From assembly GCA_018654845.1 (NCBI GenBank), contig JABIKU010000002.1, positions 81,602 through 145,601 of the forward strand: 64,000 bases of DNA, written 5' to 3'. Positions 36,847 through 48,000 of the stretch are shown in pieces; the first letter of the stretch is position 1; every line of letters starts with the position of its first letter. Source of the DNA: Methanobacteriota archaeon. GTDB lineage: Archaea > Thermoplasmatota > Poseidoniia > Poseidoniales > Thalassarchaeaceae. The notes below the pieces were generated by a model. That model searched no databases. It was not told where the DNA came from and saw only the letters and a list, made by a program, of their open reading frames with translations. A program made the position numbers and the translations under genes.

Positions 36847-38568
36847 ATGGCTTCGCGGCGGATGTTAGCATCCAGCATGATAATTATCATGTTACTTGCA
36901 ACGATAAGCGGTTGTTTTGGCGAAGAAAACGACACACCTCAAAATGGTGATTTATCTGTCGATGTCGAAATGATGACTGGGGGTGTTTTTCAAGACGTAG
37001 AATTCAAAGCAAAGGTTTCAATGTCGGTTTTCATTCCATATTTATTGATTGATCCTGTGACGGGGTTTGTACAAAATTCAACGGTTATTGATTTAAAATC
37101 CGGGGAACAGGAGACAATTTCAATCTTAGCGCCCCCAAGAGCCGATACAATGATTTTCATGTTCGGTGAAATGGAACGGCAAAATTGGCCGATACGCCAT
37201 CAAGCGGAGTCTTGGGTGACATGGATGTCCAATGGAGGAGACAGTGGTGACTCAGATGATGCCGTTCAGAGAGTTGCTACCAATGAAAATTCAACTTATG
37301 ATACGATGAACTACAGCACTGAAACCGGTGGTAAAGTTCTGATTAAATCTGCTTCAATTGTACGAGAAATGGCTATAGGAATCGATGAAGGCGGAGCTCA
37401 CTCGACTGGAATAATGCATGGAAAAGTAGTCTATGATCGCCTCTTTGAAATCACCGATCCGGCGATTTCCCTATTCGATGTTGATGGCCGCGAAGGATAT
37501 TACGATCGCTGGGCTGGTCAAGGAAACCCATCATACGAAGATGGGGCTGCTTATCTTGCAAACGAGTTGAGTTCCTTTGGTTTGGAGGTAAAAACCCATA
37601 GGTATGAGTTTACAGATATTTTAGGTTCACAAAATCCAGAAGCGTACAATGTCTGTGCTTACAAATGGGGAAGTGAAATGATCAATGAATGGTTAGTTTT
37701 CGGTGCTCACTTCGATATTGCGCCACCTGCTAATGCCGTACTACTCGACCCTCACGTCACAGGAACACGGAGTTATGGAACACGGGTCGGTGCTTACGAC
37801 AATACGGCTGGAACATCAATGGTGCTCGAGACAGCACGAGTTTTGGCTGATTTTGAGTCGCGCCGAACAATGGTATTTTGCCTATGGTCTGGAGAAGAGG
37901 GAGGGAAGCGTGGTTCAGATTATTGGACCGAATATTATGTCGCAGAAGACCATCCTGAAGTCACCGTTACCAATTACATCAATCTCGACATGGCTGGTGT
38001 AAATTGGCCTGGAGGAGGAGGAGCGCCACACGGAGATCCTGATCCTCAAATTGACGAGGGGGGGTATCCAAAAGACGCCGAGGTTTGGCCTATGCGAGTT
38101 TACATTGGACCTTCCCTTGACCATGATGTCATCAATCAACCAGGCATGGTTGGCCTGTCAAATTGGATTGGCTCAGATGCTCTAGGTTTAGAAAATGAAA
38201 TTGGTACATTAATTGGTGTAAACTATTCATCGGACACTTGGAAAACCGATTCATGGATTGATTCGGACCGGCCTGAAATTATCATCTATGAAGATACTAC
38301 GGCAAGGAGTGATCACGCGAGTTTCCAAGATAACCTTGGGACTGTTACCGTCGGATTTGGTGGCTTAGTTGACGGATATTGGTGCTATCACCAGACTTGT
38401 GATACTCTCGAAGAAATGGAGGATTGGATGGATACCACTGGCAAGGATTACGGCGAAGAAAACACTGGTGTTGCAAACCTTGTCAACAGCCTAGACATGA
38501 TTACTTGGTGGGCTCTGATGACCTTCTTCCACTGTGATGAAAAACCTGTGTTAAATGAATATCTTTGA
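36847..38568 (+). CDS. secreted M28 family metallopeptidase (lipobox-like signal)
   Basis: Signal MIIIMLLATISGC. M28 contexts VFGAHFDIAP, GAYDNTAGTSMVLETARVL, LWSGEEGGKRGSDYW and INLDMAG. Confidence 0.8.
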   Translation: MASRRMLASSMIIIMLLATISGCFGEENDTPQNGDLSVDVEMMTGGVFQDVEFKAKVSMSVFIPYLLIDPVTGFVQNSTVIDLKSGEQETISILAPPRADTMIFMFGEMERQNWPIRHQAESWVTWMSNGGDSGDSDDAVQRVATNENSTYDTMNYSTETGGKVLIKSASIVREMAIGIDEGGAHSTGIMHGKVVYDRLFEITDPAISLFDVDGREGYYDRWAGQGNPSYEDGAAYLANELSSFGLEVKTHRYEFTDILGSQNPEAYNVCAYKWGSEMINEWLVFGAHFDIAPPANAVLLDPHVTGTRSYGTRVGAYDNTAGTSMVLETARVLADFESRRTMVFCLWSGEEGGKRGSDYWTEYYVAEDHPEVTVTNYINLDMAGVNWPGGGGAPHGDPDPQIDEGGYPKDAEVWPMRVYIGPSLDHDVINQPGMVGLSNWIGSDALGLENEIGTLIGVNYSSDTWKTDSWIDSDRPEIIIYEDTTARSDHASFQDNLGTVTVGFGGLVDGYWCYHQTCDTLEEMEDWMDTTGKDYGEENTGVANLVNSLDMITWWALMTFFHCDEKPVLNEYL

Positions 38569-38686
38569 CTCATGCCGGCTTAATATTAATAGACATGGTT
38601 TGCTTATTTCCCTCTGCATCGCGGAATTCCTGTCACCTCATCTCTTGCCAGAGTTTGCTTCAATTATTTTCGTTTCTGCGATGCAC

Positions 38687-39541
38687 CTAAATGCCCAGAA
38701 TTACGAATATATTTCCAGTTAATGTATGATACGCAATACTTAGAATCGTCACAAAAGAAACCCAGAAAATAGGATCGGACCAGGCTTTGATTTTCTTTCC
38801 GTCCAACGGTCCAAATGGTAGCATATTAAATGCCGCTAAAATAGCGTTTCCCATCAACCATATCCCCAAAAAATCATCAAGGAATGGGCTGATTCCGTTT
38901 AATAAAAGGATCATTCCAACTCCAACGGCCCAAAGAGCGACATTTGTCAGGGGGCCTGCGATTGCGATTTTTCCGAACTGAGCCTTGGTTGTTTGACCAG
39001 CAACCATCACCGCACCTGGCGCCATAAAAACAAAACCGAAAGCTGCAGCAATAATTACACCCCATTTCAAACCGGTTGGAGATGCTCTAAACTCTGCCCA
39101 ACAACCATATTTTCGTGCAACGATTTTGTGGGCGATTTCATGAAGTAAAAATGCTGGGCCAATTGCTGCTGCATAAAGAAAGCCGCCGATAAGAAATGCT
39201 AATGGATTTTGAATTGCTCCAAATAACCCACGAACCGACATAAAAGCAAGTGCTAACGAAAATGCAATCGTCGCTTGCGTCAAATGTTCGATTTCTATTT
39301 TCGAAAAATGCCAAATTGAACCGGTGTGTATCGTCGGCTGATGCCCATGCTGAGGTGCTCCAAATAATCTGAAAAAAGGTTGGCCTCCTTGATTAGAATG
39401 GATTACACGGACATGTGGTTTTCGCCAATTACCATCATCCCGGGCACGAGTGTGGGATTTCGATGTATTACCAAGTTGATCGAATGGATCTTCGTCCAGC
39501 CAGTGGGCACGAGGGTCGCGTTTCTCTGACATTTCAAACAC
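38687..39541 (-). CDS. M50 family (site-2 protease-like) membrane metalloprotease
   Basis: HExxH in a TM helix (FLLHEIAHKIVARKYG), multiple TM helices, and NMLPFGPLDG (the LDG motif). Confidence 0.85.
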   Translation of the reverse strand: MFEMSEKRDPRAHWLDEDPFDQLGNTSKSHTRARDDGNWRKPHVRVIHSNQGGQPFFRLFGAPQHGHQPTIHTGSIWHFSKIEIEHLTQATIAFSLALAFMSVRGLFGAIQNPLAFLIGGFLYAAAIGPAFLLHEIAHKIVARKYGCWAEFRASPTGLKWGVIIAAAFGFVFMAPGAVMVAGQTTKAQFGKIAIAGPLTNVALWAVGVGMILLLNGISPFLDDFLGIWLMGNAILAAFNMLPFGPLDGKKIKAWSDPIFWVSFVTILSIAYHTLTGNIFVILGI

Positions 39542-39575
39542 CTGCAGAAACCATATCGTTTGAAGTCTCGTAACC

Positions 39576-40088
39576 TCAATCGTTGTCGAGGAGGTCGCCT
39601 ACCTCTTCCAATAATTCTTCCCATGTAGGGATTTTTTGCTTTGGTTCACCAGCAATTTTTATGAGCAATTCTTCCCTTTCTTCAGCCCCTAATCTTTCTT
39701 CGCCCCATTTACGATTATTCGCAACATTTCGAATTAGGGATTTAGATTTCTTATTTTTCAAAGCCTCAAACTTAGCTTGGATTTCTTCCGTTGTTGTGGC
39801 AGGAGCAAGGCCGTGATGGGCATCGATTAGCATTTTATATTGAGTCATTACTCCTCCATGAAGTGGGTCATCAATATAATCAACTGGATTAGCAAGCATG
39901 GTAACAAATTCTCTAGAGAGCCGATCTGCTTTACTTTCAGCCGGGCCATCAGCAATCTTATCGCGAGTGCGAATATGTCCCGAAATACAAGATTTGCATC
40001 GAGGGGATCCCGCTACATCATCGGCATCGCAAGTGAGGCAACAAATGGCGAAACCCATCTGTTCCATCGCTCGCCTAGGAAGGGACAT
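39576..40088 (-). CDS. hypothetical protein with an N-terminal CxxC...CxxC zinc ribbon
   Basis: CCLTCDADDVAGSPRCKSC, followed by a helical, charged C-terminal region. Confidence 0.45.
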   Translation of the reverse strand: MSLPRRAMEQMGFAICCLTCDADDVAGSPRCKSCISGHIRTRDKIADGPAESKADRLSREFVTMLANPVDYIDDPLHGGVMTQYKMLIDAHHGLAPATTTEEIQAKFEALKNKKSKSLIRNVANNRKWGEERLGAEEREELLIKIAGEPKQKIPTWEELLEEVGDLLDND

Positions 40089-40246
40089 ATTTCAAGGCGT
40101 AACGAAGAAGGAGATGAAGGCTACGAATTGATGATTGAAGAAAAAAATGATTATGTTTTTCTAAATTGTTAGTATTAAGATTGAAACATAACTAAGAAAG
40201 GTCTATTTGGATTGGGGGCACTCAAGTGTCAAAGGAGGATCATGCT

Positions 40247-40615
40247 ATGGATGAAGAAATCGGAATCGCTGCCGATATTAAGAAAGAAAAGGGTATACTG
40301 GTAGTCGATGCAGAACTAACCAACAACGGCACCTTGCCATTGGAGGATATCAAAATGTGTGTAAGTTTTGACTCGTCAGAATTTGCCGCACGAGGAGGAA
40401 AATGCACAGACATGGGGTATTTATTTCCGGGTAATATGCAATCACACACATTTACCCTCGAGCCTCGTCATTTAGTAGAAGATTCACAATTGAAAGTACG
40501 TGTTCGAGGAAGGATCCTAGATTCTAGAATTTTTCAAGAAATAGATTTGGGCTATGTAAATATGAAAGTTGCAAAGAAAAGTTATCAACGCACACATATT
40601 GATTGGTTTGAATAA
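40247..40615 (+). CDS. hypothetical protein (beta-rich)
   Basis: In-frame ATG at 40247 preceded by AGGAGG at 40233-40238 (8-nt spacing). No recognisable family. Confidence 0.5.
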   Translation: MDEEIGIAADIKKEKGILVVDAELTNNGTLPLEDIKMCVSFDSSEFAARGGKCTDMGYLFPGNMQSHTFTLEPRHLVEDSQLKVRVRGRILDSRIFQEIDLGYVNMKVAKKSYQRTHIDWFE

Positions 40616-40662
40616 GATTATTAATACTCTATATTCTTATACAGCCCCTCTTTGGAACAAGT

Positions 40663-42189
40663 GTGGAAAGAGATGAATTAATCCATAGTCGTAGATGGAT
40701 TATTCTTGGAATAATGAGTCTTAGCCTCATCATAGTGATGCTCAATAATGTGACTCTAAACGTTGCACTGCCTGAGTTATCAAAGGATCTACAAGCAGAC
40801 AATACTGAACTTCAGTGGATGTTAGACGCCTATGCGCTAATTTTTGGTGGAACTCTCCTCGTGATGGGTGCTATTGGAGATAGATTCGGGAGAAAGGGGG
40901 CTTTACAACTTGGGCTGATTATGGTGGCAGGAGCATCTGCACTAACTGCGATGTATGCCTCAACGTCTAACGAAGTGATTGCTGCGAGAGCTGTTATGGG
41001 ACTAGGAGCTGCTTTGGTGATGCCCGCAACTCTCTCTGTAGTTGTAGTAGTATTTCCTCCTGAAGAACGCGGCAAAGCTGTTGGTATCTGGGCGGCAATG
41101 GCGGGAGTTGGAGCCCCTATTGGCTTACTAGTAGGGGGATGGGCGGTTGAGAACTATGATTGGCAAATGGTTTTCTTGATTAATGTGCCAATTATTGCTC
41201 TAGCACTGCTACTTGGCTTATTCCTAGTTCCAAAAACTAAGGATGACCAAGAAAGGCCTCTAGATCCGGTTGGAGCCTTACTTTCTGTTGCGGCTCTTGG
41301 TTCAATTCTCTACGCCATTATCGAAGGACCGAGCGTTGGATGGGGATCCTCTGAAATTCTAGGAATTGGGGCATTGGGCATTGTTTTTTCTGCTATCTTC
41401 ATCCGTTGGGAACGGCGAACAGAGTACCCTATGTTGCCCCTAGATTTCTTCAAAGATAGGGGGTTTACAATGGGTCTAGTGGCGATAATGCTCGCCTTTT
41501 ATGTGATGTTTTCATTCATGTTCACCCAAATGTTGCACTTCCAATTAGTCCGTGGGCTCACTCCCCTTGGGGCGGCGTTCAAATTCTTGTGGCTCCCTGT
41601 AGGTCTGATGCCGGCCGCAGCCAATTCGGATCGTCTTGTAGAAAAATTTGGCAGCAACAATGTCATAGCAACCGGCCTTACTTTAGTTACAATAGGAATG
41701 TTGATTTTTACAACTGTTACTATCGATACCGATTATAGCAAACTTGCATTGATATTCTTCCTAGTAGGGCTTGGGATGGGTCTTACAATGGCACCATCCA
41801 CTACATTGGTCATGGATTCAATACCTGCGGGTAAGGCAGGAGTTGGAAGTGCCACGAATGACACCAGTAGAGAAGTAGGAGGGGCCCTCGGTATTGCCAT
41901 TGGTGGTTCTGTTTTGAACGAATATTACCAAAGGAGCATGATTGTACCAGAGGGATTGGAGCATCTTGGGCAATTACCCTTTGATTCGTTTGCAGCAGCA
42001 ATTAGAATTGGCAGTGATATGTCAGCAGGAGGAAATATCTTAGGGGCACAATTGATAGAAAATGCTCAATTGGCATTTGTTGAGGGTATGGTTGCTTCAG
42101 CCTTCGTGGGTGCTGTGATAGCTTTCATTGGAGCCATTCTAGTAAAACTGTTTATGCCATCTAGAATTATTCATCATGCTGAAGAATAA
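40663..42189 (+). CDS. MFS transporter, DHA2 (EmrB/QacA-like, 14-TM) drug:H+ antiporter family
   Basis: LNVALPELSKDL, LDAYALIFGGTLLVMGAIGDRFGRKG (MFS motif A), about 14 hydrophobic segments, 508 aa. Confidence 0.9.
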   Translation: MERDELIHSRRWIILGIMSLSLIIVMLNNVTLNVALPELSKDLQADNTELQWMLDAYALIFGGTLLVMGAIGDRFGRKGALQLGLIMVAGASALTAMYASTSNEVIAARAVMGLGAALVMPATLSVVVVVFPPEERGKAVGIWAAMAGVGAPIGLLVGGWAVENYDWQMVFLINVPIIALALLLGLFLVPKTKDDQERPLDPVGALLSVAALGSILYAIIEGPSVGWGSSEILGIGALGIVFSAIFIRWERRTEYPMLPLDFFKDRGFTMGLVAIMLAFYVMFSFMFTQMLHFQLVRGLTPLGAAFKFLWLPVGLMPAAANSDRLVEKFGSNNVIATGLTLVTIGMLIFTTVTIDTDYSKLALIFFLVGLGMGLTMAPSTTLVMDSIPAGKAGVGSATNDTSREVGGALGIAIGGSVLNEYYQRSMIVPEGLEHLGQLPFDSFAAAIRIGSDMSAGGNILGAQLIENAQLAFVEGMVASAFVGAVIAFIGAILVKLFMPSRIIHHAEE

Positions 42190-42190
42190 T

Positions 42191-43087
42191 TTAACCTAAT
42201 CGTCGATTCAATTCAGAAAGTAATTGCTTAGGAATTGGACTTTCAACGGCTTGCCGCGCACCGTTAGGATGATCAAATTCAAGCGAGGAGGCGTGAAGGC
42301 AAAGCCGATTGACGCTGGCTTTTCCAAATCCATGCCTAGTATCACCGACAACTGGCGTAGTCAAAGCGGCCATGTGAAGTCGGATTTGGGCTCTTCGCCC
42401 AGTGTCAATTTTGATTCTAACCAAACTATGAACTGGCCCTTCTTTCTCCAAACTCCAATGGGTGATTGCTTCCTTTCCAGCCCTACGTCCTGGGGATACA
42501 AGTCGAACCCGCTTATCTTTTGTTTCTTGGATACGAGTGGTTTCTGTACCTGATTCATTAGCGGGTTTACCGTGGATAACTGCGTGATAGATTCGTTCTA
42601 TCGTTCGAAGTTTAAATTGGGATTGAAGAAAATCTCGAGTTTCAGCCGAGCGAGAAAATATCATACAACCAGATGTTTCCCTATCGAGTCGATGAACGAG
42701 GTAAGCGCGTGTTTTGCCGTTTTCCCACGCCCATTTCGCCATACGGTCAAACATTGTATCGAATTCGCCACGATCTGTAGCAACCGCGAGAAGGCCTGCG
42801 GGTTTGTCAGCAACAATAATTTCAATATCTGAGAAAAGTATTGACGGTTCTGGCATTTCGAGTTTTTGATTTCGCTTTGGCGTATCTCCATCCGCTGTCG
42901 AAAGAATAGTAACTTTGACCCCTGCAGAGATTTTTGCATTTGCTCGAGTTGCTCGTTCCTGACCTACTCTGACTCTTCCATGATCTACCATTCGGCGAAG
43001 AGAATTTCGTTTAGCTGTAGGATGAAGGGATGCCAGAACTTCAAGGAGAATTGTGTCCTCTGTGGTTTCGACTGAAGGGTCCGGCAT
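42191..43087 (-). CDS. RluA-family pseudouridine synthase with an S4-like N-terminal domain
   Basis: Catalytic motif HRLDRETSGCMIFS, KPAGLLAV, plus YHAVIHG and GRRAQIRLH. Confidence 0.9.
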   Translation of the reverse strand: MPDPSVETTEDTILLEVLASLHPTAKRNSLRRMVDHGRVRVGQERATRANAKISAGVKVTILSTADGDTPKRNQKLEMPEPSILFSDIEIIVADKPAGLLAVATDRGEFDTMFDRMAKWAWENGKTRAYLVHRLDRETSGCMIFSRSAETRDFLQSQFKLRTIERIYHAVIHGKPANESGTETTRIQETKDKRVRLVSPGRRAGKEAITHWSLEKEGPVHSLVRIKIDTGRRAQIRLHMAALTTPVVGDTRHGFGKASVNRLCLHASSLEFDHPNGARQAVESPIPKQLLSELNRRLG

Positions 43088-43123
43088 GTACTTGCCAACA
43101 GGTGATAGTCATCAAACTGACCG

Positions 43124-44158
43124 TTACTTCCACCATTCGAGGACTTCGCGATTAACGCCAAATCTCTCCTTCCAAACCATGCGAGCCGAGGTGCGCATAT
43201 TGAAGGGCATAGTTTTCATTAGATTATTGTAAATAGATTCGGCTCTTGCTCGAGACTCGCCCTTGTCATGGGGATCTATTATTGAAAGAATTAAGTCAAT
43301 AAGTTCGGTTAACTCATCCATAGTATTTGGCTCTTTTTTGTCTAAAATCGCCAATGCTAACTTGTCCGTCACACCCTCTGGGTCGAGGTTGTTGTTTGAT
43401 TCAAATTCCATCAAGGCTGCTTTTGTTTGAGAGCCAAAATTACCATCCACGGCCAAATTATGATTGGTCGTCGTGTTCAGTAATTCTTGCAACCTCGATA
43501 CATCGTTACCTTGGTCTCCCTCATGCAGAATCCTAGAACCTAGTTCTCCCACATATGGAGGAGGGGGGGAATTATGAGTTCCGCGGATTATGGTTTTCAG
43601 AACAAAATAAAGGGGTGCTAAAGCGATTGAGCCGACTACCGGAATCGCAAACCAACACCAGGTCCAGTACACCCATTGGGCGCCAAATTGATAATTGTCT
43701 GAAATACCCAATGACCCCTCAACCCAAGTATGGAGATCCCAGGCTATCCACGCTAACATTAACCAAAACAACGCGAATGGAAGAGCAAATGTGTAGCCTG
43801 CCATTTCATTTCTACGCCATTCAGGGGTAGGGAAAATACTCCACCAAATCATTAGCAATCCAAAAATTAATGGAAATGTGGCGAAGAAATTGAAAATGGG
43901 AGTCAAAAGGCCCCACCAGATCTGGCCGTCATTATCCATACAATATGCGCAGTTCCCTATCCATACTGTATTGAGAAAAGTGAGAAAGCCCATGGAGAGG
44001 TGGAAGATTAGCCAAGGCACTCCGATAAGAAATGACAGCGAAATTGGCCTAAGCAGAGATTTTTCTGGAATTGGATATGCCGCCTGTTGCTCCTTGGTGA
44101 GTTTGTGCCAAGGGAGCCCGTGCTTCATCTCCACCGACGTAGGGGTCGAATCAGCCAT
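43124..44158 (-). CDS. polytopic membrane protein with a peptidoglycan-binding (PG_binding_1-like) domain
   Basis: About 6 TM helices in the N-terminal 200 aa, then GDQGNDVSRLQELLN...LAVDGNFGSQTKAALMEFESNNNLDPEGV. This matches the G..G..V..LQ..L...DG.FG..T..A...FQ pattern. Confidence 0.6.
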   Translation of the reverse strand: MADSTPTSVEMKHGLPWHKLTKEQQAAYPIPEKSLLRPISLSFLIGVPWLIFHLSMGFLTFLNTVWIGNCAYCMDNDGQIWWGLLTPIFNFFATFPLIFGLLMIWWSIFPTPEWRRNEMAGYTFALPFALFWLMLAWIAWDLHTWVEGSLGISDNYQFGAQWVYWTWCWFAIPVVGSIALAPLYFVLKTIIRGTHNSPPPPYVGELGSRILHEGDQGNDVSRLQELLNTTTNHNLAVDGNFGSQTKAALMEFESNNNLDPEGVTDKLALAILDKKEPNTMDELTELIDLILSIIDPHDKGESRARAESIYNNLMKTMPFNMRTSARMVWKERFGVNREVLEWWK

Positions 44159-44196
44159 ATAATGTGAGAAGCAGACGTGAATATGTAGTTTATTGA

Positions 44197-45015
44197 TTAC
44201 AATAATGAGTTTTTTACGTAATTAACTGCGTTCCTGAATATCGTCATGCCTTCACCCTCTCCATGCTCGATTTCTTCGCGGGTCCAGGTAGCGCCCAGCC
44301 AAGTAGAATGATTGGCTTCAGGATGGGGCATAAGGCCGAAAACGAGGCCGGTTCGGTCGCAAACACCCGCAATGTTTCGCCAACTTTGGTTTGGTGATAT
44401 TGGATAGGGGAGGATCTTGTCACTTGCACTAGGGTAATCGGAATCGGGGTTCACATATCGTACAGCGAGCTGGCCGGATTCGGCCCACTCGTCCAATAAA
44501 GTTCTGTCATCGGTTACGAATTTTCCTTCTCCATGCCTTACTGGTACACGCATACGAGTCATGCCTTTAGTCCAGATGCATGGACTATTCGGGTCGAACT
44601 CTAGGGTTGCCCAACGATTTTCATAATGCCCAGAATCATTTAGGGCGAGGGAAGCGGTTTGTGTTAGGGATACTTCTTCATCTCCCGGTAGCAAACCCAT
44701 CTTTACTAAGACTTGGAAACCATTACAGATACCAATCACTGGTTTTCCTGCCTTTACAAAAGCCCTGACTTGCTCTCGAAGCCCAAAACGAAGCCTGTTA
44801 CCCATCAGGCGGCCGCTTCCTAAATGATCGCCGAAAGAAAATCCTCCAGGAACGGCCATAATTTGGTAATCATCAAGGCTCATTTCACCATTGACAAGAC
44901 GGTTGACGTGAACTCTGTCGGCCTTAGCTCCCGCCATTTCAAACACTGCAATCGTCTCGGTCTCACAATTAATTCCAAACCCAGAAAGGACTGCAACGCG
45001 CGGGGTGTCAACCAT
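44197..45015 (-). CDS. purQ: phosphoribosylformylglycinamidine synthase, glutaminase subunit
   Basis: PRVAVLSGFGINCE, nucleophile context GICNGFQVL, and MPHPE. ATG at 45013-45015 overlaps the purL stop (TAATG). Confidence 0.92.
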   Translation of the reverse strand: MVDTPRVAVLSGFGINCETETIAVFEMAGAKADRVHVNRLVNGEMSLDDYQIMAVPGGFSFGDHLGSGRLMGNRLRFGLREQVRAFVKAGKPVIGICNGFQVLVKMGLLPGDEEVSLTQTASLALNDSGHYENRWATLEFDPNSPCIWTKGMTRMRVPVRHGEGKFVTDDRTLLDEWAESGQLAVRYVNPDSDYPSASDKILPYPISPNQSWRNIAGVCDRTGLVFGLMPHPEANHSTWLGATWTREEIEHGEGEGMTIFRNAVNYVKNSLL

Positions 45016-48000
45016 TAGTTTGTACCCCCGTCTAGTGTACCTTTCCAAGCCACCCTTAGAGCGGACATTGATGCGGTCATAACTGAATCATTACCATTAT
45101 TGAAAGTGATATTGTCGCCAGACTCTACACGGCCTAATTTGTAGCAGGCGTGACCTTTCATTGATGCTTCAAATGCGACGCTGTCTGTGGGTTTTACACT
45201 AACTAAGATACGTCCCAGAGATTCACCAAATAGAGCCCCCCATGAGTCGATATGACTACAATCGGATGTAATGGGGGAAATGTCGATTATACTGCCCGAA
45301 TCACAGCCGAAGCAACATTCAGCAACTGTAGTAGCAAGTCCACCGTCACTACAATCGTGCGCGCTGGCTACAAGCCCTGCGCCCATTGCAGCCGTAAGTG
45401 AACGATACATCGAAAGGTTTCGCTTTGCATCAATTTCTGGTATTGTCCCTCCAATTCCACTTCGGCCATTAGATTCGTCTCTAAACATGAAGGCTAATTC
45501 ACTTGCTCCTAATTCTTGATGGGTTTCGCCAAGCAAATATATGTGGTCGCCCACATTCTTGAAATCGCTCGAAACTGCCTTACGAACATCAGAATGATTG
45601 CCTATCAAACTGAACAATAATGTTGGTGGAACGCTAATCTTCTTCCCATCCAATATTGCATCGTTTTTCATAGAATCTTTACCGCTTATGCAGGGCAAAT
45701 TGTATGCACGGCATATATCATCAAGAGCGCGATTAGCACGAACTAATTGTGCTAATTTATAGCGTCCATCCGGAGTTTTTGCAGACTCGACCGGATCTGG
45801 CCAACAGAAATTGTCTAAACCGGCAATGAGATCCAAATCAACTCCAACACAAACTGCATTTCGAAGAGCTTCGTCGATACTTGCTGCCGCCATGGCATAT
45901 GCGTCGATATCAGAATATCGTGGAGCGATTCCATTTGAAATAACAGCACCTTGTGTTTGTCCTTGTATTGGGGCGATGACTGCAGCGTCACCGGGAGCGT
46001 CATGGTTGACGCCGCCAAACGGCTTGATCACCGATTGGGCAATAACTTCGTGATCATAGGAGCGAACCCACCATTCTTTGCTGGCAACATTCGGTCGAGC
46101 CATCAGTCGGCAAAGGATTTCTCCAAACTCATTCGCATTGACTTGAGGGAATATTATTGGTTCATGAATAGGAGGAATCCATTCCGATTCGAGCTGTAAT
46201 TGTGGGCAGCCATCGTAAAGGAAAGAAATTGGTAAATCAGCAACTGTTTGTTCTCCAAATCGAACAATAAATGAGCCGGAGTCTGTAAAAGTTCCAACTG
46301 CGGTTGCTTCTACTTCATGAAGAACAGCAAGTTTCTCGAAAGCTTCGCAATCAGCCGTACTTACTCCAATAGTCATCCTCTCTTGCGACTCAGATACTAA
46401 TATCTCCCAGGCCGAAAGGCCTGCTTGTTTCAAAGGTACAACCGAAAGATCTAGGTCGGCTCCCCCTGTTAATTCGGCCATCTCACCAACACTACTTGAT
46501 AGCCCCCCAGCACCATTGTCAGTAATGACTTGAATTAAACCTAAATCCCTCGCTTCAAGCACCATGTCTATCATTTTCTTCTGAGTGATAGGGTCGCCTA
46601 TTTGCACAGCCGAAGATGGGCTTTCTTCGGTCAATTCAAGGCTGGAAAAGGTAGCGCCATGAATTCCATCAGAACCAACTCTACCACCAACCATGTAAAC
46701 GATATCCCCTGGTGTTGGCGTTTTGATATGTGATTCGCGGCCATCGGGCAAACGGCGTGGCATCATCCCTACGGTCCCACAATAAACCAAAGGTTTGCCC
46801 AAATATCTTTCATCGAAGATTATTGCTCCGTTCACGGTTGGAATACCAGACTCGTTTCCTCCAGCCCGGACACCAGCATGTACCCCTCGGAATACACGGG
46901 AAGGGTGGAATAAACCTTCAGGAATTGCCCCCGAATAATTTGGTGGACCAAAACAGAATACGTCAGTATTGGCAATTGGCCGCGCCCCAAGTCCGGTTCC
47001 CAATATATCTCGATTGACACCTACGATACCGGTCATCGCACCTCCAAATGGATCCAATGCGCTCGGTGAGTTGTGAGTCTCGGCTTTCATACAGAGACTC
47101 CAATCATCATTCCAAGCGATTACTCCGGAATTATCATGGAAAATCGAAAGAAGCCAATCAACTTTGGATTGAATGTCCAACGTTGGCGTCATAATGTGAG
47201 TTTTGAAAAGTGAATCTATTGAGCAATCTTCCCCAGTTTCGGTATCGATGTGGTGAATTTTTGCAGCGAATATTTTGTGTGAGCAATGTTCAGACCACGT
47301 CTGAGCCAAACACTCCAATTCAACGTCGGTTGGAGCATTTGGCACAAGTCCTCTCGCTTCTCTTGTGATTCTGACTTTTGCATTTCGATAGTGTGCTTGT
47401 ATCGCCTGCATTTCCTCGAGGTTTAATGCTAATAATCCGGTTTGGCTAATCTCGATTAATTTTTCATCGGACACTTCGAGATTAACGATTGACGGTTTTT
47501 GTTGTAGTAATGCTGGACGGTCGGGGAAATTTATTGTGGGCCAATTTTTTGCTTGGCAATCTATTGTATCTGCAATAATCGCTCGCTCAATCATACGGTT
47601 ATGCAATTTACTTGCTAGCCAATCTGGCGAGATTTCTTCAGGTACGCCCCAAAACAAGTAAGTTCTGCTCGTCGCAACCTCTGCTTGCTCGAAAAGAGCA
47701 GGGAAAATTGTTAGCAAACCGTCGAGGCCTGCTTGTGCGGCGTTGTCCGTAACGCCGGGTTTGAATCCTGTCGCAATAGCTATTTGTGGGGCTATTGGAA
47801 ACACCGTTTGGTCATTGAGTAATGTTTCGTTGACACTTCCTTCCTCAATTACTGGATCTGCGAACAAATCAAAAATTGCACTTCGAGCCTCTTCACTCGA
47901 CATTTGGGCACGAACCTGATATCTCAATATTACCCGTACCGCACCGACCTCAACGCCATAATTCGAAGCGAACATTGCCTTGATAGAATCTCCTCGTGCA

